This document shows, in pieces, positions 57,654 to 64,000 of a DNA stretch of 64,000 nucleotides. Source of the DNA: Fimbriimonas ginsengisoli (GTDB taxonomy: Bacteria; Armatimonadota; Fimbriimonadia; Fimbriimonadales; Fimbriimonadaceae). Position 1 is the first letter of the stretch; each line of letters begins with the position of its first letter. The notes under the pieces are model-generated. The model saw only the letters and a program-made list of their open reading frames with translations. It made no database searches and had not been told where the DNA came from. The translations under genes and the position numbers were made by a program. The stretch is from NCBI GenBank assembly GCA_016179045.1, contig JACOSL010000039.1, positions 45,439 through 109,438 on the forward strand. The letters are read 5' to 3'.

Positions 57654-58262
57654 ATGCGAATTGCTCTCTGTTACAAGGAAAACCTTCTGAGAGAGGCGCT
57701 TGAGCGCATGCTCTCCTCTGAGGGCGGCTTCGACATCGTGGTCGGCACCAACAAGGCCAGCACCGCCATCTCAGCCGCGAAAGTGCATGATGCGCGAGTC
57801 TTGATCGTGGGGCAGCAGGGTCTCGACTCGGAAGATATTGAGCGCCTAAAGCCGCTTCGTGAAGAAGCGACGTTCCAGATTCTGATCCTTGGCGAGTCCG
57901 CCGAAGCAGTCGACAAAATGAACCTTCCTTATGACAAGGTGATGCCGACCAGCACGACTCGCCAGAAGCTGTACCGTCTGGTTCGCGATCTCGGGAGCCG
58001 AGACGCCCGCCACCGGTACATGGTGCGCGAGCGGCCGCCGATCTACGGGATGGTCACCGTCTTAACGCCCCGCGAGCATGAGATTTCGCTCAAGGTCGCG
58101 GAGGGGCTCTCGAACCGCGACATCGCCCAGGATCTTGGACTTGCCGAGCAGACGGTCAAGAACTTGGTAAGCGTCGTGATGCGCAAGATGGGCTGCAAGA
58201 ACCGGGTCCAGGTCGCGCTTCGCCTCGCTAAGGCCAAGCAAAACGATCCCTCGGCGACATGA
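57654..58262 (+). CDS. LuxR/FixJ-type HTH regulator with a degenerate (pseudo-)receiver domain
   Basis: The C-terminus LTPREHEISLKVAEGLSNRDIAQDLGLAEQTVKNLVSVVMRKMGCKNRVQ is a GerE/LuxR HTH. The N-terminal receiver-like fold lacks the acidic pocket (RIALCYKEN replaces the DD pair, and LIVGQQG sits at the phospho-Asp position). Confidence 0.75.
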   Translation: MRIALCYKENLLREALERMLSSEGGFDIVVGTNKASTAISAAKVHDARVLIVGQQGLDSEDIERLKPLREEATFQILILGESAEAVDKMNLPYDKVMPTSTTRQKLYRLVRDLGSRDARHRYMVRERPPIYGMVTVLTPREHEISLKVAEGLSNRDIAQDLGLAEQTVKNLVSVVMRKMGCKNRVQVALRLAKAKQNDPSAT

Positions 58263-59050
58263 CGCGTAGGGCGGTAACGGCCCTATGCCTTATCCCCGTT
58301 GTGCTGGCTTCATTCGCCTATGGCGAAGGCAGGGGGCTGGTCGTCCTCGCCTTCCTAGTCACGCTGGCAAGCTGGAAGGAGCTGCCACAGGTTCTCGACG
58401 GGCACCCTCTTCCCTTTCCCATTCTAGGGCTGGGCGTTTGGCTTGCGTGGATATTTCTGGGGCGGCAAGCCGACCCCGCCTGGGTTGCGTCGGCTCTAAT
58501 CGTGCTTTCCGCTGTCGGTATGTTCGCAGCTTGGCGGGGCGGTTCGCCGCTTTTGCTCGAATTGGGAACGCTTTGGGTATTTGCCCCCCTTCTCGCGCTT
58601 GTGTCTGCGCACTGGACGCTGACCCGGAGTGGATTTGCCCTTGATCAACCCGCGCTTATCCTCGTGTTGCCGATTTGGGCGGGGGACACGGCGGCGATGC
58701 TTGTCGGGAGGGCGTGGGGGCGTCACAAGCTCTCTGAGCGGATTTCCCCAAGCAAGACGATTGAAGGCGCGGCGGCCAATTTCGTCGCCTGCGTCGCGGT
58801 CGCGATCGGCCTTGCCGGATTGCTGCACGTTCCCATCGCGGCGGCGGCCACCATCGGTGTGCTTGCCGGAACGCTCGGGCAGGCAGGCGATCTATTTGAA
58901 AGCGCCCTCAAGCGTCGGAGCGGCGCCAAAGATAGCGGCAATCTGCTCCCAGGCCACGGGGGACTGCTAGATCGGATCGACGCGCTCCTTGCCTCTGCCG
59001 CGCCTTCGGCTCTTGTGCTCGTCCTGTCGCTCTCTGGAACCCAAAGGTAA
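58259..59050 (+). CDS. cdsA: phosphatidate cytidylyltransferase
   Basis: Polytopic, with the CTP-transferase signature SPSKTIEGAAANF...ESALKRRSGAKDSGNLLPGHGGLLDRID. Confidence 0.88.
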   Translation: MTRRAVTALCLIPVVLASFAYGEGRGLVVLAFLVTLASWKELPQVLDGHPLPFPILGLGVWLAWIFLGRQADPAWVASALIVLSAVGMFAAWRGGSPLLLELGTLWVFAPLLALVSAHWTLTRSGFALDQPALILVLPIWAGDTAAMLVGRAWGRHKLSERISPSKTIEGAAANFVACVAVAIGLAGLLHVPIAAAATIGVLAGTLGQAGDLFESALKRRSGAKDSGNLLPGHGGLLDRIDALLASAAPSALVLVLSLSGTQR

Positions 59051-59063
59051 CCTCACCCTAGCT

Positions 59064-60044
59064 ATGAACGCGATCGAGGTCGAGCAGCTTCGCAAGACTT
59101 ACGTCTCGCACAAGAAGGCGCCTGGAGTTTGGGGTGGCATCCGCAGCCTGTTTAGCCGCGAGAAGAACGAGGTCGAGGCGGTCAAGGACATCTCGTTCTC
59201 GATCGGCCAAGGCGAGATGGTGGGGTTCCTGGGCCCCAACGGCGCCGGCAAGACAACTACGCTGAAAATGCTCAGTGGCATCTTGTTTCCCACGTCGGGC
59301 ACCGCCCGCGTGCTGGGTTACACGCCGAGCGATCGCAAGCCCTCGATGCTTCGCAAGATCTCGCTCGTGATGGGAAACAAGATGCAACTCTGGTGGGACC
59401 TGCCCGCGATGGACAGCTTCCTCGTGCTCAAGGAGCTCTATGAAGTCGAAGACTCGGCATTCAAGAAGCGAAGCGAATTCTTGATCGAGACGCTCAGCCT
59501 GGCGGACAAGGTCAACACCCAGGTACGCAAGCTCAGCCTCGGCGAGCGAATGAAGTGCGAGCTAGTCGCCGCCTTGCTACATTCCCCCCAAATCGTGTTC
59601 CTCGACGAACCAACGATCGGCCTCGACGTCGTGAGCCAGAAGCGCATTCGCGACTTCCTCAAGGAGCTGCATCGCGAGGACAACTGTACTATTCTCCTCA
59701 CCAGCCATTACATGCAGGACGTGGAGGAGCTCTGCGAACGGGTGATCGTGATCGATCGCGGCGCCCTGATTTATGAAGGCACGCTCGACTCGCTGACGCG
59801 GCAGTTCAGCCCGATGCGACGCCTGCAATTCACATTTGGCGAATGCCCCGCCGCGGAGGCCCTCGCCAAGTACGGGAAGGTTGTCGAATCTGACGAGTGT
59901 TCGGCCGTCGTCGAGGTGGAGCGGGACAAGGTACCGGCAGTCGCGGCGGCCATCTTGACCCGGTTCGCGGTCGAGGACGTGTCGATCGGCGACGTCGACA
60001 TCGAAGAGGTCGTGCGCGACCTGTTCACTCAGCGCGGGGCTTGA
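59064..60044 (+). CDS. ABC transporter ATP-binding protein (ABC-2/exporter type)
   Basis: Walker A GPNGAGKTTT, Q-loop, signature LSLGERMK, Walker B IVFLDEPTIGLD and H-loop TSHYM. ATG at 59064. No cognate permease is adjacent downstream. Confidence 0.88.
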   Translation: MNAIEVEQLRKTYVSHKKAPGVWGGIRSLFSREKNEVEAVKDISFSIGQGEMVGFLGPNGAGKTTTLKMLSGILFPTSGTARVLGYTPSDRKPSMLRKISLVMGNKMQLWWDLPAMDSFLVLKELYEVEDSAFKKRSEFLIETLSLADKVNTQVRKLSLGERMKCELVAALLHSPQIVFLDEPTIGLDVVSQKRIRDFLKELHREDNCTILLTSHYMQDVEELCERVIVIDRGALIYEGTLDSLTRQFSPMRRLQFTFGECPAAEALAKYGKVVESDECSAVVEVERDKVPAVAAAILTRFAVEDVSIGDVDIEEVVRDLFTQRGA

Positions 60045-60062
60045 TGTTTCACGTGAAACATC
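60043..60062. repeat. perfect 20-bp palindrome GATGTTTCAC/GTGAAACATC spanning the stop codons of two convergent genes
   Basis: Read directly from the sequence and checked by reverse-complementing. It contains the TGA of the ABC ATPase (60042-60044) and the TGA (minus strand) of the methyltransferase (60049-60051). Confidence 0.85.
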
Positions 60063-60843
60063 GGGCGGGAAGGCGAGCAGTGTGCCGGCCTTCATGCCAG
60101 CCCTCCTCCGAGGTCTCGATCCGCAGGTTCCCGATGAGCATCGGTAGCTCGCCTGGCGCAAGGACCAGGCTTTCGCGTTTCGGTTTGCCAAAGTATTCGC
60201 GGTGGGCCAAAGTGAAGGTCTCGACGACCAAGCTGCCGCCAGGATTGAGGGCGGTTACCGCCCACTCGAGAAGCGGCCTATGAAGGAAAAAGAGGCAAGC
60301 GATCAGGTCAAAGCCGCTTTGGACGGGGGATGAAGCCTCCAAATCGTGCCGCACCCAATCGATGGGAGGCGCTCCGGTGAGGTAGCGACGCTCCAGGTCG
60401 CGTGCGCGGGCGAGGGCATCTTCGAGATGGTCGATTGCGGTGACGTGCCAACCCAGTGAGGCTAGGTAAACCGCGTTCCTGCCGGTGCCGCAAGCGAGGT
60501 CGATAGCGCGGCCTCGCTCCATGGCGGTCGTTTCATGGGCGCGCAGCCTTTCCTCAAGGAATGGATTTGGCTCCCAGAGGCGGAAGCACTCCTCGCTCCC
60601 GGGTGGCGCCCAGTCCCAATGGTCGACTGCGGTCCCGACTCGCCCGATCGCGCTAAGAGCCTCGATGGCTCGAGCCGCAGCTTCGCCCACGTTCGCAACC
60701 TCGATCTGACCGGCCCGTCTAGAAGGCGGCAGTTCATGCTGTCTGGTCGAAAGCTCATCCCAGGGGATGTTCGCGCCCCAAGCGATCGGGTGCAGCTTGG
60801 CCTCCGCCTCGGGCCTGGGATCAAGGAGTCGCGCCCTTTCCAA
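60049..60843 (-). CDS. SAM-dependent methyltransferase (TehB-like core) with an N-terminal rhodanese-like extension
   Basis: SAM motif I RAIDLACGTGRNAVYLASLGWHVTAID, then FDLIACLFFLH. The N-terminal GANIPWDELSTRQHELPP...IEV pattern resembles a rhodanese fold without the catalytic Cys. The start is uncertain. I chose the TTG at 60843 because the track start at 61020 overlaps valS by 110 nt. Confidence 0.65.
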   Translation of the reverse strand: MERARLLDPRPEAEAKLHPIAWGANIPWDELSTRQHELPPSRRAGQIEVANVGEAAARAIEALSAIGRVGTAVDHWDWAPPGSEECFRLWEPNPFLEERLRAHETTAMERGRAIDLACGTGRNAVYLASLGWHVTAIDHLEDALARARDLERRYLTGAPPIDWVRHDLEASSPVQSGFDLIACLFFLHRPLLEWAVTALNPGGSLVVETFTLAHREYFGKPKRESLVLAPGELPMLIGNLRIETSEEGWHEGRHTARLPARCFT

Positions 60844-60910
60844 GGCCCATTGTGGACCTTGACTGGTAGACTTCGGGCCAGTCTTTCGCGACAGGAAAGA
60901 AGGAGGCACG

Positions 60911-63523
60911 ATGTCGGACACGACTTTGCCGACGCGGTACGATGCGTCGGCGACCGAGAGCAAGTGGTACGCGCGCTGGGAAGAAGCGGGGCTGTTTGGG
61001 CCCGATCGCGACCCGAGCAAAGAGCGCTACACGATCACGATTCCCCCGCCCAACATCACGGGCTCGCTCCACATGGGGCACGCCTTGTGCTACCCCCTCC
61101 AAGACCTCTTTGGGCGATATCACCGCCTGCTCGGCAAGAGCGTGCTTGTCCTGCCTGGGCAAGACCATGCGGGAATCGCCACCCAGAGCGTCGTTGAGAA
61201 GGTGCTTCGCAAGGAGGGTACGAGCGGATCGGCAATCGGGCGCGACAAGTTCGTCGAGCGCGTGTGGGAATGGCGGCGCGAGAGCGGCAACACGATTTTA
61301 AGACAACTCCGCTCGCTCGGCTGCGCCTTTGATTGGAGCCGCAGCCGGTTTACGCTCGACGAGGCCTACGTCGATGCGGTGTACAAGGTGTTCATCGAGT
61401 GGTTCGAGCGCGGATTGATCTATCGGGGCAAGCGGGTCGTCAACTGGGATCCGGTGCTCCGCACAAGCGTTTCCGACATCGAAACGGAGCGGCGCACGAT
61501 CAGGGGCAAGCTCACGTATATCCGCTACCCATTCGCCGACGGTTCGGGGCACGTGACCATCGCCACCACCCGGCCGGAAACGATGCTGGCGGACGTGGCG
61601 GTGGCGGTTCACCCGAGCGACAAGCGCTACGCCGGACTCGTCGGCAAGACGATCCGGCTGCCCCTCCTGGGTCGCGAAATCCCACTGATCGCGGACATCT
61701 ATCCCGACCCCGGGTTCGGAAGCGGCGCCGTAAAGATCACCCCCGCGCACGACGCCAACGATTACGATGTGGGCGTGAGGCATGGCCTGCCGATGCCGGT
61801 CTTGCTGGACGAGGCTGGCCGCATCACCGCGGAAGGCGGCCCTTATGCCGGGCTGGACCGAATCGAGGCGCGCAAGCGGGTGGTGGCGGACTTGGAGGCG
61901 CTGGGTGTGATCGAGAAAATCGAGGATTACGACATTCCGATCCTGGTGAGCGAGCGTAGTGGCGAGCCGATCGAGCCTTTGCTGTCCGAGCAGTGGTTCG
62001 TCAGGCAAACCGAGCTCGCTAAGGCTGCGATCAAGGCCGTCGAGAGCGGCCAGGTGCGCTTTGCGCCCGAGCGGTACGCGAAGATATTCATCGCTTGGTG
62101 CGAAAGCATTCGCGACTGGTGCGTAAGCCGCCAGCTTTGGTGGGGCCACCGGATCCCCGTGTACTACGATGCGGAAGGTATTGCCTACGCGGCGCTCTCG
62201 AAGGAAGAGGCCCAAGCCAAGGCGGGGGCCAAGCCGATCGTCAGGCAGGAGGAGGACGTGCTCGACACGTGGTTCAGCAGCGGCCTCTGGCCGTTCGCCA
62301 CGCTCGGCTGGCCCGAAAAGACCGCCGACCTGCGCGAGCGCTACCCCACGAGCGTGCTCATCACGGACCGAAACATCCTCTATCTCTGGGTCGGGCGAAT
62401 GATGATGATGGGGCTCGACTTCCTCGGCGAGAAGCCCTTTTCCGACGTGATGATTTTCGCAACCGTGCTCAACGAGCAGGGGCGGCGCATGAGCAAGAGC
62501 TTGGGGACGGGCGTCGATCCGATGTCGATCATCGACAACCTAGGCGCAGATATATTGCGCTATACGCTACTTTCTCAGACGGGTACGAACCAAGATATCC
62601 GCTACAGCGAGCGGCGGACCGAAGACGCCCGAAACTTCGCCAACAAGATATGGAACGCCACCAGGTTCGTGTTGATGAACGCCCCTGAGGGCGACCTTGG
62701 CCCACCGGCCCCGGGGGATCTCGAGTTGGTCGACCGGTGGCTTCTCAGCCGGCTGACCGCCACCGAGCGAGCGGTGCGCGAGGCGTATGACGGCTACGAC
62801 ATCCAATCGGCGTGCCAGGCGCTGTTCCAATTCTTCTGGTCAGAGCTTTGCGATTGGTACATCGAGGTGACCAAGCACCGGCTGACCGACCCCGCCCGGC
62901 GTGCCGTGCCCCAGTGGGCGCTGCTGACCGCGCTCGATGCGTTCGTGAAGATGCTTCATCCCGTCATGCCGCATCTCACCGAGGAGATTTACAGCCACCT
63001 GCCGGTTCCCGATAAGGCTCCGTTTTTGATGTCGGCTCGCTGGCCGACGCCCGACCCGGGCCGGGCCAATCCGGCCGCTGAAGCGGAGTTCGAGCGGGCG
63101 CGCGAGATCACGCGAGCTTTGCGAGAGTTGAGAGCGGAAATCGGGCTTGCCGCGATGAGGACGATCCCGTGCGCCTACGTGGAAGGCGACCTCGGCGCTG
63201 CGGCGGCGATCGTGGCCTCCCAGGCGTGGGTCTCGGAGTTGAGGCAAGGGCGACCTGAGGGGGCGTTCCTCTCCGCAAGCTGCGCCGGCCTTGATCTGCA
63301 CCTTCCAGTCGAGGGGCTGGTCGACGTGGAGAAGGAGAGAGCGCGTTTGGCGCGCGAGGCGGAAAGGCTCACCGAAGAGTTGCAGAAGCTGCGCGAGCGC
63401 CTGGCAAGCCCGATGTTCGTCGACCGGGCCAAGCCGGAAGTCGTTCAGCGCGAGCGGGAGGCGGCGGCCGAGGCGGAGTCTCGGCTGGCGAAGGTTCTCG
63501 AGCGGCAGAAGGTGTTCGAGTAG
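60911..63523 (+). CDS. valS: valine--tRNA ligase
   Basis: AGGAGG RBS, HIGH motif PPPNITGSLHMGH, the editing domain, KMSKS (RMSKSLG) and a C-terminal coiled coil (EKERARLAREAERLTEELQKLRERL). Confidence 0.97.
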   Translation: MSDTTLPTRYDASATESKWYARWEEAGLFGPDRDPSKERYTITIPPPNITGSLHMGHALCYPLQDLFGRYHRLLGKSVLVLPGQDHAGIATQSVVEKVLRKEGTSGSAIGRDKFVERVWEWRRESGNTILRQLRSLGCAFDWSRSRFTLDEAYVDAVYKVFIEWFERGLIYRGKRVVNWDPVLRTSVSDIETERRTIRGKLTYIRYPFADGSGHVTIATTRPETMLADVAVAVHPSDKRYAGLVGKTIRLPLLGREIPLIADIYPDPGFGSGAVKITPAHDANDYDVGVRHGLPMPVLLDEAGRITAEGGPYAGLDRIEARKRVVADLEALGVIEKIEDYDIPILVSERSGEPIEPLLSEQWFVRQTELAKAAIKAVESGQVRFAPERYAKIFIAWCESIRDWCVSRQLWWGHRIPVYYDAEGIAYAALSKEEAQAKAGAKPIVRQEEDVLDTWFSSGLWPFATLGWPEKTADLRERYPTSVLITDRNILYLWVGRMMMMGLDFLGEKPFSDVMIFATVLNEQGRRMSKSLGTGVDPMSIIDNLGADILRYTLLSQTGTNQDIRYSERRTEDARNFANKIWNATRFVLMNAPEGDLGPPAPGDLELVDRWLLSRLTATERAVREAYDGYDIQSACQALFQFFWSELCDWYIEVTKHRLTDPARRAVPQWALLTALDAFVKMLHPVMPHLTEEIYSHLPVPDKAPFLMSARWPTPDPGRANPAAEAEFERAREITRALRELRAEIGLAAMRTIPCAYVEGDLGAAAAIVASQAWVSELRQGRPEGAFLSASCAGLDLHLPVEGLVDVEKERARLAREAERLTEELQKLRERLASPMFVDRAKPEVVQREREAAAEAESRLAKVLERQKVFE

Positions 63524-63530
63524 TCCTGGT

Positions 63531-64000
63531 TTAAGGCCGAGGGAAGGCGAGATCGGATGGCCAGAAAGCAAGCTCGCGCTTAGCCTGCGCCCAGCCGCCG
63601 ACGGGCCAGCACCACCAATGGCGTCGAAACACGTTGGGATCGCCTAGTCGCAACTCCCACAGCGCCAAGCCCAGCCAGTGCAAAAGGATGCGGGGAACGA
63701 TTTCGCCATCCACCTCACCCCCGTCGGAGCGATATTCGGCGAGCGTCAAAGGAATCACGCCCAAGGGCAGCGAGGAGAACTCGAGGGCGAGGTCGCCAAA
63801 GGCGGCGTCCCCCCAATCGATGATCGCCTCAAGCGTGCAAGTGCCGGGATCGACGAGCAGGTTCCATGGGTGAAGATCGCGGTGCAGAAACACCTTGCCG
63901 GGGGGCGCGCCGGGCGATGCTTCGAGCGCGTCGATCCAAGCCGCGATCTCCTCGATTTCTCCGGGCTCGAGCAGCTTCTGCGCCCTCGCCTTCTTGAGGT
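63531..64000 (-). CDS. aminoglycoside/choline-kinase-like phosphotransferase (APH family), C-terminal part; the gene starts beyond the right edge
   Basis: FLHRDLHPWNLLVD (HxDxxxxN catalytic loop) and IIDWGDAAFGD (DxD/DWG metal-binding). The frame remains open upstream to position 64000. Confidence 0.75.
   Translation of the reverse strand, partial: LKKARAQKLLEPGEIEEIAAWIDALEASPGAPPGKVFLHRDLHPWNLLVDPGTCTLEAIIDWGDAAFGDLALEFSSLPLGVIPLTLAEYRSDGGEVDGEIVPRILLHWLGLALWELRLGDPNVFRRHWWCWPVGGWAQAKRELAFWPSDLAFPRP

Noticed and set aside
61298-62215. 305-aa minus-strand ORF
   Set aside because: It lies antisense to valS.

Overview
High-GC bacterial chromosomal segment, almost fully coding. I recognised no rRNA, CRISPR array, transposase or integrase. 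All GC statements, alignments and structures below were made by eye, with no computation. Taxon cannot be assigned. Gene content and order point to a Terrabacteria-like lineage: Bacillus-type SdhA, a SigH-type sigma factor, recA-recX-ymdB and rpsF-ssb.

Left to right, the window holds:
- sdhA 5' end, a secreted Cys-rich repeat protein, a methyltransferase, folE2 and glcDEF
- tmk, a LolA/thioredoxin-like protein, an SPFH protein, ribH, a TauE exporter, pyrD and gyrB
- a lower-GC two-gene cassette: a RecQ helicase fused to a ComF-type PRTase, plus a DprA/SLOG protein
- yraN, rnhB, lipB, an SQR-like flavoprotein, RNase P RNA, a lone PilB/GspE ATPase, rpsF-ssb and a PGI/PMI isomerase
- a 15-kb aerobic respiration supercluster: fused ctaA-ctaB, alternative complex III actABCDEF(G), SCO1 and a caa3-type oxidase (subunits II, I, III, IV)
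- a lower-GC patch around tRNA-Arg(CCU): an AlbA_2/HATPase regulator, DUF3592, a membrane protein, a bPH protein and Peptidase_MA_2
- nhaP, a VIT-domain protein plus a propeller-like protein, ndh, two small secreted proteins and tmRNA
- a solute-binding-protein::permease fusion, recA-recX-ymdB, a PKD protein, a sigH-like gene, a pseudo-receiver LuxR regulator, cdsA, an ABC ATPase, a methyltransferase, valS and the 3' part of an APH-family kinase

Most noteworthy:
1. The RecQ::PRTase + DprA-like cassette.
2. A previously unannotated ~110-140-nt three-hairpin interspersed repeat with compensatory stem changes. There are three intergenic copies, and related modules sit in-frame inside the SBP::permease ORF.
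3. A secreted protein built of three CxxC...CPxCG modules.

Many long ORFs in the supplied track are antisense or alternate-frame shadows typical of high-GC DNA and were rejected.
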